A DNA stretch of 64,000 bases from Octopus sinensis (Eukaryota). This document shows, piece after piece, positions 13,045 to 25,377 of this stretch. The notes under the pieces were generated by a model, which saw only the letters and a list, made by a program, of their open reading frames with translations, was not told where the DNA came from and did not search any database. How positions within the stretch are numbered: position 1 is the stretch's first letter; the number at the start of each line of letters is the position of its first letter. The stretch lies in assembly GCF_006345805.1 (NCBI RefSeq), contig NC_043004.1, positions 100,316,001-100,380,000 on the forward strand, given 5' to 3'. A program made the position numbers and the translations under genes.

Positions 13045-13787
13045 ACACACACACACATATATATATAGATACATACACACACATGTGTGTATATATTATA
13101 TATTATATATATGCTCACCAGATACCATGAGGTTAACTCATTCTGATATATTTATACACCTGTATTCATTACAAGGATTAGTTACTGGCTAAAACCCTAT
13201 CACACCTTCAAGAAACTTAAACCATACCCACAATTAGATTTAAATCAGCATAGCTTATGCGCAGAACTGCGGTACGGATGTAATTTCTGCTATTTAGTAC
13301 CAGCTCATTTGATCTCGCAGATCGTAGATCTGTGATCAATATTGTTCTAACCATGGCCATCATGCCGTAATTTATAAGCATTATTTTTGCGAGTAAATTA
13401 TCCAAAATGTACTTTTTTTTTCTGTGAAATAGTAGTATGCGCTTGTAGAAAAATATATATGGTAATTAAGGATTTTCGAATATGTTGTTCTGAAATCCGG
13501 GTACGTGTAAACCTAATGGTACGCGATTGAGATTACGAGTGGATTGGGCGGATGTTCTGCAAAGTTTCCAAAAATTTCCCAAGATTTTAATGTAATCATA
13601 ATCAAGAACTCTTTCAACGCTGTACTACTACAAATTTATTAATTATTAGTGAAAACAGCAGAAATTTTCGTCAAATATACTGCTTGAAAGTACAGTAATC
13701 CCTCACCATATCGCGGTTCACTTACCACGGTTTATCATTTAAGGTTATGTCGATTCCTCTGTGGTTTTGCTTATATTTTTTTTTTTT

Positions 13788-14185
13788 TTTTTACTTGTTT
13801 CAGTCATTGTGACTGCGGCCATGCTGGAGCACCGCCTTTAATCGAGCAACTCGACCCGGGACTTATTCTTTGTAAGCCCAGTACTTATTCTATCGGTCTC
13901 TTTTGCCGAACCGTTAAGTGATGGGGACATAAACACACCAGCATCGGTTGTCAAGCAATGCTAGGGGGACAAACACAGACACACAAACATACACGCACAC
14001 CTATATATATATACATATATACGACGGGCTTCTTTCAGTTTCCGTCTACCAAATCCACTCACAAGGCTTTGGTCGGCCAGAGGCTATAGTAGAAGACACT
14101 TACCCAAGGTGCCACGCAGTGGCACTGAACCCGGGACCATGTGGTTGGTAAACAAGCTACTTACCACACAGCCACTCCTACGCCT
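13788..14185 (-). mobile_element. SINE family A, full length
   Basis: Colinear with 651-1066. Confidence 0.9.
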
Positions 14186-14223
14186 ATCTATACAAATTAT
14201 AAAAAAATTCTTTAAAATATACA

Positions 14224-14456
14224 TATTTCATTACTACCCACAAGGGGCTAAACACAGAGAGGAAAAACAAGTACAGACAAACGGATTAATTCGATTATAT
14301 CGACTCCAGTGTACAACTGGTACTTATTTATTCGACCCCGAAAGGATGAAAGGCAAAGTCGACCTCGGTGGAATTTGAACTCAGAACGTAGCGGCAGACG
14401 AAATACTGCTAAGCATTTCACCCGGCGTGCTAACGTTTCTGCCAACTTGCCGCCTT
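14224..14456 (-). mobile_element. tRNA-derived SINE family B
   Basis: Minus strand begins AAGGCGGCAAGTTGGCAGAAACGTTAG with box B-like GAGTTCAAATTCC. Near-identical copies at 31643 and 60178. Confidence 0.85.
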
Positions 14457-15758
14457 AATTTTTAAAATATACAGTACACCACTGTGTCTACTTCGCAGAT
14501 TTTCACCTATCGCGCGGGATTTTGGAACGTAACGCCTGCGATAGTCGTGGGTTTATTGCATTGATTTCTAGTTATTTAGCCATCATCTGTTTTAATTTAA
14601 CCATTAATTATAACCAGTATGGGCTATTTTGTGGAATCCAATTCTGTTACACTATATTTTTCATAAAGGATTTGCCATCACTGACGGACACGACAATCTT
14701 TACACATCAAAAAGAAGTCTGAGAAACCCTGACATAGAATATCGACGTTTTTGTTACGTTTTGGGTTAGCTTTTAATCGATCGTACCTACTTTCAATAGC
14801 AACATAACCATAGTCTTCTCACCTTTTACACTCGCACTGTATCTAGCGCTACATTCATTATGCAATTTATCAAAATTCTTTTTTTAAGATAATAGGATGC
14901 AATTTTTGTAGATTTGTAATCTACAGCCTAACATATGTATGGATTTGGATTTAAGCGGGAAAATCTATTGCTGTGATATATCAAAACGCCTGTGATATCC
15001 CTTCTTACTATGATAATCCCCTTCATATTTAGGATGCATTATAGGAATATAAATCGAAATCAATACACGACTTGTACATTATTTTATAGGCTACGGCGGA
15101 ATGTAAGGCTATGCTGACCACAGTGGAATTTCAAATGAGAACTTAAGGGGCCTTAACTAAATACAGCGAGATATTTTGTTCGATGCTCCAACAATTCTGG
15201 CAACGCTACTGTCTTAAATATTTGCATCAGATAATTCCAACCTTAATCTATAAGACAATGGGTCTACTTCTATACGATTCCCTTAATCTCCACGAGCCGT
15301 AATAAAATCTCACACACAGGCAGAGACATGCATATACTGACACAACTATTACTTACTGACCAGAACCAAGTATTCTCGTTCTTGATCTTTCGAATACAAG
15401 TAACTAATGCATGAGTTGCGTGTGTCACATGATCTGTTGACAAACATAAATCAGTGAGGATGCCACTACATCGTCATTCCACTTGCAAGAAATAGCAGCC
15501 AAATATCGTTACTATCTTAGAATGGAATCACATTTAAGAAACCTCTTGTTCGTTCCTTCTTTATGTTGAAAATAGCTGTCAAATTTACATTACATGGTAC
15601 TCAGCCGTCCACAAAAATATATCAAATACTAGAGACAATGACAATAAACATAACATGCATGCCAAAACGGTGGGATAGTCACGACTGGAACGCTAGCGGC
15701 CATAGATCAGCTCAATCGGTAACTATAGCAAGTAAATAGAAAAATTAAATAATAGAAC

Positions 15759-16342
15759 AACATAAGGGACTAAAGCCATCTGAATATGGCTAGGGACAGG
15801 GCAGGGTGGTGGGGGTGTTACTGTTGCATTTAGCCCCAGGCGAACATCGACGTCACCAGATAGGCCCGACACCGTCACGGTGTCCTTTAACCTGCAAAGG
15901 GAGGTAATTCCCCGATGAAGCGGAAACCACACACGGACCATGGTTTCAAGGTGTATTGCCTATCGTCGGCGTGTGGTAGGCTTCCGCTTCCTCGACGAAC
16001 ACTCACTCTGCAGGATATTCATATGCTTTCGAACAGATTTTCGAAATCAGCAAATGTATTTTGCTTGAAAATCTATATATGAATATCCTGCAGAGTGAGT
16101 GTTCGTCGAGGAAGCGGAAGCCTACCACACGCCGACGATAGGCAATACACCTTGAAACCATGGTCCGTGTGTGGTTTCCGCTTCATCTGGGAATTACCTC
16201 CCTTTGCAGGTTAAAGGACACCGTGACGGTGTCGGGCCTATCTGGTGACGTCGATGTTCGCCTGGGGCTAAATGCAACAGTAACACCCCCACCACCCTGC
16301 CCTGTCCCTAGCCATATTCAGATGGCTTTAGTCCCTTATGTT
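15759..16342. repeat. Long inverted repeat: 266-bp arms (15759-16024 and 16077-16342), 52-bp spacer
   Basis: Manual alignment of the left arm to the reverse complement of the right arm gives one mismatch (CCCGATG vs CCAGATG). Confidence 0.95.
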
Positions 16343-16808
16343 ATCGAGCAGTTACTGTCTATATCTCTTTTAGAGAATTATTATTGCTTAAATAATAGAG
16401 TTAATAGCCTAAATATATAATGCAGTTAATAAAGTAACAAAAATAAAATAAACACTATACATACAGAAACAAAAATATTTAGTTAATAGAGCAACTATAT
16501 TGTAATAATGTTAATTATTGAATTACACTATAAATTGCATTAATTATTTAGTGGCAAAGTTCCTGCGCATGCGTGCTATGTTCCTGCGTATGTGTTATTC
16601 TCGGTATATATGACTGTGCGTGTATGTGTATACTTGCGTGACTATATATGCTGAATCAATGATAAATTGCATTTAACTATAAGGCCGATACAACAAAACA
16701 CACCAGTGTGTGTCTGCGTGTGTGTGTGTTTGTGTGTGTGTGTGGATGTGTACATATATATATATATGTGCGTGTGTGTGTGTGTTTGTGTGTGTTTGTG
16801 TGGATGTG

Positions 16809-16840
<32 letters not shown>

Positions 16841-16876
16841 GATGTGTATATATATATGTGTGTGTGTGTGTGTGTG

Positions 16877-16928
<52 letters not shown>

Positions 16929-16929
16929 G

Positions 16930-16993
<64 letters not shown>

Positions 16994-17149
16994 AGATATA
17001 TATATTCTTTTACTGGTTTCAGCCAGAGGATGGGGCCTTACTGGGGATCCGCTTTTCAGTGGTTTGAGGTCTTCTTTCAGTAATGCTTTTGGTGAAGAAG
17101 GGAGTTAGACGAAGCTTCTCTTCTTTATGCTTCCTACATATATATACAT

Positions 17150-17431
17150 GGAGGCGCAATGGCCCAATGGTTAGGGCAGTGGACTCGCGGTCGTAGGATT
17201 GCGGTTTCGATTCCCAGACCGGGCGTTGTGAGTGTTTATTGAGTGAAAACACCTAAAAGCTCCACGACGCTCCGGCAGAGGGTGGTGATCCCTGCTGTAC
17301 TCCTTCACCCCTCTTTCTCCCACTCTTTCTTCTGTTGGCCTGCTCGCTTAGCTAAAACAATGCGAACGCATTGTGGCCAGCGATGTGTAACAACATCAGA
17401 TGGTCTGGTCGGTCACGTGATCACGTGATCA
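17150..17431 (+). mobile_element. tRNA-derived SINE family C, tail type 1
   Basis: Box A TGGCCCAATGG, box B GGTTTCGATTCC, (GTGATCAC)n tail, and a 14-bp direct repeat ACATATATATACAT on both sides (TSD). Confidence 0.85.
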
Positions 17432-17486
17432 CATATATATACATATGCGTAAAAATATTCTTATAAATGTATTTTTTATTTATTTG

Positions 17487-18362
17487 TTTACTTGTTTCTG
17501 TCATTTGGCTGATACCGTGCTGGAGCACCGCCTTTAGTCGAACAAATCAACCCCAGGAGTTATTCTTTGTAAGCCTAGTACTTATTCTATGGGTTTCTTT
17601 CGCGAACCGCTAAGTTACGAGGACGAAAACATACCAACATCGGTTGTCAAGCGTTGGTGGGGACAAGCACAGACACAGACACAAATATATATATATATAT
17701 GTTTACTAATTTATATTATTTATATCATTATGTATATGTATGTATTTATATGTATAGGAGTGTGAGTATATGCACTCATGAGTATATGTATATGATGTAT
17801 TATGGGTATGTACCCGCACCCATATAGGTATATATATAGACTGATTTATATCACATAATCTCCGAAGAGGCCTTACGATATTTTTGTAAATGTCTCATTT
17901 ATAACTACATATTGACCTACAATAAAAGGCTAATATGAGTAACATGGCCGAAACAGCTGTAAGATGTAATCTATATTTATATTTACATTTACTTACATTT
18001 ATATTCTCTTATATATATTATACTTATTGTATAACATTACTCTTTTATGTACACTTTTTTACGTATACTCCTTTATGTACACTGTTTTGCTCTACTTTTT
18101 TATGTTTAACCCTATAGTTTCTTATGTGGTGGTTTAATAAAGTATGTGATTGAGTATTATCTGGTAATAGATATTTGATTTAGATGTATTTCTCCATTTT
18201 CTTATTTTGAATTATATATATATCTATATATATATGACGGGCTTCTGTCAGTTTTCGATCTACGAAATCAACTTACAAGTTTCTGGTCGGCCCTAGGCTA
18301 TAGTAGAAGACACTTGCCCAAGGTACCACGCAGTGGAGCTGAAGCTGGAACCATGTGGTTGC
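17487..18362 (-). mobile_element. SINE family A split into two halves (17487-17683 and 18234-18362) by an approximately 550-bp insertion
   Basis: The two halves are consecutive parts of the family A consensus and are separated at the central microsatellite. Confidence 0.7.
17858..17965 (+). ncRNA. Type I hammerhead-like motif (CCGAAGA core) with long stem II loop
   Basis: ATCT-CCGAAGA-GGCC...(73 nt)...GGCC-GAA-ACAGCTGT-A-AGAT. Stem I ATCT/AGAT, stem II GGCC/GGCC, palindromic stem III, GUA triplet. Confidence 0.6.
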
Positions 18363-18915
18363 GAGTGTTAATGACGCATTTTCTATAAACTGCAACCTTT
18401 GTATGTAGTGACAGGGTCACTTTGCCAGTCAAACTAATGTCGAAGCAGCTCTTCTAATTCGTCAGTTTATCTCAGATTATAGAACAGTTTCCCGTGACGT
18501 TAGAGCTGATGAATGTGGACATGAGACAACATATAGATACATATGTATATATATATATATATTATATATATATATATACTCACTATGAATACGACACACT
18601 GCTTTTCAAAACTCTGATGAAGTGCCTTCTTTTCATGGGCTCCTTTGTTAAAACGCAGTCACACAATCATCCAGACACCATTACGCCGGTGTCTTGGGGA
18701 ATATGGGTTCGATTCCCATGGCTGTTTCTTAACATCTTTTTCTACCTTGTAAAGGTAATAATACCCAATTTATTCTGCTGTTATAACGGCGATACTGCAT
18801 TTGAAATATTACCTTTTTGTCTGTATTGTACGATACACATTCGCCGCTTCTAAAAATATTTGTAAGTTTCTTTATGTGCACACGTGGTTGTGATATATAT
18901 ATATATATACATATA

Positions 18916-18990
<75 letters not shown>

Positions 18991-18996
18991 ATATAA

Positions 18997-19143
18997 AAAA
19001 CATTATTGGTGAATTGAAGAAATGGAGCTGAACGCAGATTGAACAGAAATCGTTTTATTTCATTTATTTCATTCAGAATGAAATAAAACGATTTCTGTTC
19101 ATCTGCGTTCAGCTCCATTTCTTCAATTCACCAATAATGTTTT
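18997..19143. repeat. About 68-bp-arm inverted repeat adjacent to (TA)n
   Basis: AAAACATTATTGGTGAATTG...TTTATTTCATT and its reverse complement 19077-19143, with one 1-bp indel. Confidence 0.9.
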
Positions 19144-20048
19144 AATTTCAATTATCCGCACCAATGCACGGTTGCAACGCCAGATGGTTGTACCTCCAAC
19201 CGTGCTGTTTACTGCTGTGATTTTTGCTACTAAGGTATCGGTTAAACTTTTGATTAATCTACTACAAGATTATTCATCTTTCTATTTCACATAATATATA
19301 TATATATATATATATATATACATTAAAATTGTGCATGCAGATAAACAACTGCTACTGTCATATCTACAGTGCCACGTAGATAATTGTAATCCTGTTTACT
19401 TCCAGTATACTTAAGTAACTTCAATACTTAGTAGTATTACTAGTTATCAGCTACAGTAGGAGGCATAGGTATAAACAATATTTTATATCATAGCAATTTC
19501 AACTTACAGGTGGGCGATGGGTGAATTTCTAGAAAATGGTGGGCGATTTGAGATTTTGGCATGTGATGTGAACATTTGTGGGTGACAAAAAATGTTTAGA
19601 AATCAAATTTGCATTTATTTATATATAGGCATGCCTAGAATAAGGATGCACTTTTATCGATTTGACTTGTATCAAAAGAAGCGGACTTGGTTATCGACCG
19701 AATTGTTTTGTCACAAAGTCATCGAGATGGTTGTCATATGTGCTAAAAATAGCAACTAAATAGGCCTAGGCCTTAAATCACGGTCCTCCACAATTTTTTT
19801 TCACATATTCGTATGAAGTCCTGCGTGTAGAATACATATTCGCAAAAAATTTGTGAAAAGGCTGAAAAATAAAAAAAAGTTATGAGGGTTTGTATGTCGT
19901 GCATAATTCTACAGTTTCATATCAAAGCATAAGTGCTATTTTCAGGAGTTTCATCATGGCTACCGAATGATTGTCGCATATTATATTTCTATTTATACAT
20001 ATACATATACATACATACTAATACAAGCACACATATATTTATAGACAT

Positions 20049-20100
<52 letters not shown>

Positions 20101-20187
20101 GTACATACCCATAAATATGTGTTTATAAATATATGTATATATATGCATACAGTATATATTCCCTAATATTATTATTATTATATATAT

Positions 20188-20225
<38 letters not shown>

Positions 20226-21499
20226 CATGCATGAAAGTATATGCATATGTTGAACTCTATCCAACATGACATGCACACATGTATATAGAAAATAAACCAA
20301 TTGAAAGTGGACGGTTAAAAATTATATCCGATATTATTGAGTTTTTGAACAATATGACTGCAAAAAATGCCCTACGGAGCATCCTTCATACGAAATATAA
20401 ATGTAGTGAGAATCTCACATGTGTAATGCAGTATTTTTGAACAAAAATCGATCATTGGAGATTATCCAAGCAATTGGGAGTAAAAAAAAAAACTCCAACT
20501 AGTGGTGTTTACGATAGAATAACTGAGAAATATAAGAGGCACCTCTAGGATTACTCGATCATATTTGTTGGGTGAGAGGCTATTTAGCGAATGCTGATCA
20601 GAGTAAATGTGGTACCTAATGTTTCAGGGAAAAGTATTCTACTTCGTTTGCAAAACTGACAATAATTAATACCGAAAGGGAGTACGTATTGATGACAGGC
20701 AGATAAACGGATAAATAGAGAGACAGAGAACTAAGCGGCGAATATTTGAAATATGAACAATATGGATGAAAAGAAATATCCACAGTTGCCACGTCTATAA
20801 CATAAACAACAGTAACAGCCATTGTCCACAGTCATCCAACAACTGATACCCTGCTGGAGCACGATCGAAGCTACCTTTTGATAACATGTTGTAGTCCTAA
20901 GAAGGACAGGACGTACTTGATAATGTCACCCAAGGTATATTGTTTCTAAAATAAAAATGGGATGGTCATAGCAGGTATGCTCTCGGCATAACTCTCCTAG
21001 ATTACGTATGACCTGACGATACAAACGAATCTCTTCCTGTTCATTAGATCTCTAGAAATTACCGACAACTTTCTTTCATATCTCCCTTACTCACACATCA
21101 CATATAATACGTTTGAAAATGGTAATGGTCGGGTTAAATGCGTCGCAACTATGCGGATTGTGGTTTCCCTGACCGATGAGACGTGTCCCATTGTTAATTT
21201 GTCCTTTTCCATTAGATGTTTCCTTGTTCCACTTTAAGCTTCTGTACTAGATTTCTAGTGCACACAATATTCTTCTATTATCGCTCATCTACATATATAT
21301 GATTCCGTCGTGCTGTAACCATTCTATCTTTACCTCCTCCCTAATTCCTCGTTTTTTCTCACTTTTTTTTTCATCTTCTCACTTTCCCATCATATTTCTT
21401 TCTTGTTCTCACTACCACTTTTTATTTCTTTACCTCTCTCTCTCTCTCTAATCATTTGCCTTTCTGTCACTTTCTCTCATTTTACCTTATCTCTTTCCC

Positions 21500-21950
21500 A
21501 CATAATGCAATATATATTGGAGGAGAAGAAAATTGTCCGAAGCATTTAGAGAAAGCATCCCAGTACGATCATTGAATATACTGTTTTTTGGACTAATACT
21601 GCAGTAAATTAAGTATGATGCATAGATGGCTACTTTAATGTAATACTGCTGATATTGCATACAACGATCTTTCATTGAGCACCAGCGAATGTTTTATTCC
21701 TAGTTACCAATATATCGAAGACAATAAATAACATCTGGCTGGGTGTGAGTATACACCACTGAAAGATTCCAACACGGCCGAAATGCATCTGGCGTTCTCA
21801 CTAAAAGCTGTTTGGCAATTATTGTCTCTCTTTCCAATATATATTATGTTTCTAAATACAGCGAATCCATAACAGATTGCATCTCGTAATGAATACTGCA
21901 GAAATTTGTCTTTCAATGACATATGTACATTTAAGTAAGTTACATATGAC
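21500..21950 (-). pseudogene. Possible decayed GIY-YIG endonuclease (Penelope-like relic)
   Basis: ORF 21704-21952 contains QYSLRDAIC...IYIGKRDNNCQTAFSENARCI, which resembles the Penelope VYxLxC...YIGxT..L..R..EH spacing. Heavily degenerate. Confidence 0.3.
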
Positions 21951-22126
21951 ATACATACATACGATCGTTACACACCCCATGATTGGCCCTACAAACCTAC
22001 GGTATTTAAGTTGTTTATATACGTGATGTTAAAGTCACAATTTCAAATCAGAATGTACACGTGTACGTCTGCATGTGAATAGACATGCATATAAATTTTA
22101 TCCATATTATACTCTCTTTCTCGCTC

Positions 22127-22171
<45 letters not shown>

Positions 22172-22400
22172 CATACATAGATTGTAGGGCCAATCATGGG
22201 GTATGTAACCATTTCATGCTGATACCCACGTCTACTCAAGCCCTCGCAGTACCTAGCACTATTGCTCGATGGAGTAGTTTTGCGTTAGTGCAATGGACAG
22301 AAGGATTTAAATTATTCGTTCGATACACTGACTTCTAATCCCCTCTAGAATCTTTAGCTGTCGATAAATAAATTGGTAACCCCAGTTCACTACTGTCAAG

Positions 22401-22440
22401 ATGGCGACGCTAAAAATTTACCCGGATTTTAGGGTCACAG
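22401..22440 (+). CDS. Candidate first coding exon (MATLKIYPDFRVT)
   Basis: CAAG-ATG-GCG start context (YY1-like CAAGATGGCG), 13 open codons, then donor CAG|GTGAGG; an ETS-like CGGAAGT lies at about 22473. No downstream exon was identified. Confidence 0.3.
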
Positions 22441-24489
22441 GTGAGGGTTATACGTATTTAGCCGTCCATAAACGGAAGTAGCAATATATAGACAATATAT
22501 CTCATTGCAAAGCATGTCAGTGAAGAAATATTTGTGCCTAAATTTCCTCTTTTATCTGTGCAGAAAAGCTCGACTAATTTCAATACAAGCAAGAGTCCAA
22601 CTAGTTAATAGAAAGATTGATATCGATATCAAAGTTATGTTTTCTAAAGATGTATTTCTCCAATTGTATCAACCCTTATTAGGAAATCATGCATAGTATA
22701 TTCACTGCTATACCTGATTAATATGAGGAGCCGACTAAATCTGGAAACATCATTTTGAAAAGCCATCTCTAACATCTGAGATAATTTGGTTTTAAAATAT
22801 CTTCATTCAATTCACTAATTCCGTTGTAAAGGAAATTTATTCACTATAACTGCTGACATTGCCATTAATATGTCTTCAGATCTAAAATTGCATGGCACTT
22901 TTTAGATTTAGCCACTTTATACGTCAACTTTTATGAAGGAAGATGTACTTTTGCAGTGTTCTTTTTTCTTATTTTTTCAAAAACAAATTCCAACTTTGAA
23001 AAAGTCAGATGACTTCGGCTAGAACTGTAACAAAGACTTTTGATGTTCATCATCAAATATTATTACTATTACGTCCATCAACATCAATCCGACATATTTG
23101 TTTCTGAAGTGTTCTTGAAGTGCTCTCGACGGCTTCAGATTTGAGCTTAAAAGTACAACCTAACAACGTGAAAATTTGCATGTCATGAGCGATTGTTATA
23201 CTAAGGAAATCATAATCATTATTCTGTTTCCTAGCTTTTCATATATTGAAGAGTAAATCTGAAAAAGAGGTATAAGGACTAATACTTGCCTGTTCATGAA
23301 ACCTACTTTGATAAATGCTATATTTATACATTACAAACAAAAAGGATAAATATCATTCAAATGAATAGGAATTTCAACCGTATTATGTGGTCTGCTACCA
23401 CAACAGCTCCTTTATAGGATCCAGTTAACTCAAGACATTATCAGGAGGAACCACGTCCGGTTTCGGCCCCTACTCCTCTACCGTTTTGACGTTGTGCCCC
23501 CCCCCCCACCTTTCGGAGGTGTCTTCAGCTCTGGTGTTGGGTGCACTGCAACACAGAAGATATCTTTAGTAGGTTAAGATTTTAACTCGGAGTCCGGGTG
23601 TTCAGATTTGCATGCACTGTCATTTTCTTGCAAACACGCACAGATTTCATGACAAAATTTACTTGACTGTTCCATGAACCTTCAGACTAATTTTGTGAAC
23701 AGGTAGCAAACACATTCGTGGCCTCTCGGTCTGTGGTTCAACAGAAATAGTCACAGAGCAGCTTTCTCAGTCGATAGACTGGCTTCCGCTATTCTCGGTT
23801 ATTAGGCAGGATATTATTATTTTTCTCTCCCACTCTAGCAGTCGAATAATTTATCGGTCTAAGGTAAACTTTAATATTTTCTTAACGTTAAGATACAATG
23901 GTCATACAGTCACACATAGTTAATACACACGCCAGAGGGAAAAATATACACGCCAACAAAAGGTTTATTCATACAATCATAAATTTTATATTCGCTTTAT
24001 ACTTCAATGAGTTAAGTTCTCTGTAACCCAACCGACGTGTTGAGATTTTGAATATTAGTGAATAAAAAGACTTATGTTTAATAGATAGACTCTCTTTATT
24101 CATTTCTTATTTTCCTCTTCGTTCATTTACTACTTCAACCATTCAATAACCAACCGCACTTTTATTTCACTAAAGATGTAATAGCAGCAAAAGTCATAAA
24201 ATTATTTTGCTTGCATTTCAATGAAGGTAAAAACTTCACATCTACTGGCTTGTTGTAGTTTTGGCGATTGTTTGGAATAATATATGTAAATTAATTCAAG
24301 AATAGTACTTCAGATGCAATCATATTTGATAGAACATCGATTTATATCAGTAGATTCTGTTGCTTCATATAAGTTAGTAAAAACCCTACAGGAAGTGATG
24401 CGAAAAAATTAAATCTTTCACCTTGCAACAAAAGTTTAAATATGTTTACAGTGTATGAAAGATCGGAAACTGCTTGAGCTCAAAATAAT

Positions 24490-24650
24490 ATCTGTGGCTG
24501 GAGAGCAAGTCAAATACATACTGAAATAGCTACAAATTTAAACATCTCCCAGAGCAATGTCACTAAAATTGCCAATATAATAAAAAAAATATGCGAACAA
24601 GCACATATCACTTAGAACACAAACTGGATGTCCTAAAACAGCATGATCAA
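24490..24650 (+). pseudogene. Tc1-like transposase N-terminal relic
   Basis: Translates to IATNLNISQSNVTKI followed by RTQTGCPKT (resembles the RxGRPR motif), with stops and frameshifts. Confidence 0.35.
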
Positions 24651-24863
24651 GGTTCTGATGAAACGAAAATAGAAGAAAATTATATTATGAATTAACCTTA
24701 AAATAATTCTTTTTTAATATAAGAAAATTTAACTTCGAATGCAAAATTTATTCAAAAGTTATATTTAAACATTAAACTGTGGATTAAAAATTTATTCACT
24801 ATTCACAAGACGCCGGATGAAAATTGACAGAATATTTTAATGTAAACATTGCTTTTATGGAAG

Positions 24864-25162
24864 ACTAGCAGTATCGCCCGACGTTGCTCAGGTTTGTAAG
24901 GGAAAAAAGGTGGAGTTGCGTCCCCTAGACGGTCTGTGGTTTGTGTTTCTGATTCTTGACCCCATGTTGAATTTATCGATTTTTTTCAGAACTGGGGGAA
25001 CTTTTCCAAATTTTCGCTGCGTTAGTTTTGAATTATGACATTGGGCTATGTGTGTGTCAAGTTTCATCAGAATCGGTTGAAAGCCGTGGTCAGGGTGAGG
25101 GTACGAGAAAACAGACACACAGAAACACGCACAGACAAACTGCCGTTTATATAGAGAGAGAT
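24864..25162 (+). mobile_element. Non-autonomous Helitron-like element, copy 1
   Basis: 5' ACTAGCAGTATCGCCCGACGTTGCTCAGG and 3' (ACAG/ACAC)-rich tract then TTTATATAGAGAGAGAT, shared with 46115 and 52960. Confidence 0.6.
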
Positions 25163-25377
25163 TATATGTTTATAAATAAAATTCTCAAAACCCTTACATA
25201 TACTTTTATTCTTACTCTCAGGACAAATAGCTGAAAATCTAAAGATTACAGAGAATTTAACGTAAGACGTGAAATGGCCAACTGGCAATATAACAGGTGC
25301 TTTTGGCACGTAAGATCTGAAAGGTAATATATATTTGCCAATTTGTCTTTTTTGTTTGTATTTTCAATAAATCCTAA

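Noticed and set aside
15723-16420. Twin ORFs MVRVWFPLH... on opposite strands
   Set aside because: They are a by-product of the inverted repeat, have GTG starts and show no recognisable domain.
17150-17225. tRNA gene
   Set aside because: Box A and B are present, but the sequence continues into a SINE body with tail and TSD; there is no complete cloverleaf or terminator.
21754-21792. Hammerhead-like CCA-CTGAAAGA...GGCC-GAA-ATGCAT-C-TGG
   Set aside because: The core has an extra base, stem II does not pair, and it lies antisense within a possible coding relic; likely chance.
23400-23560. GC-richer segment as an exon
   Set aside because: Stops occur in all tested frames on both strands after plausible acceptors.
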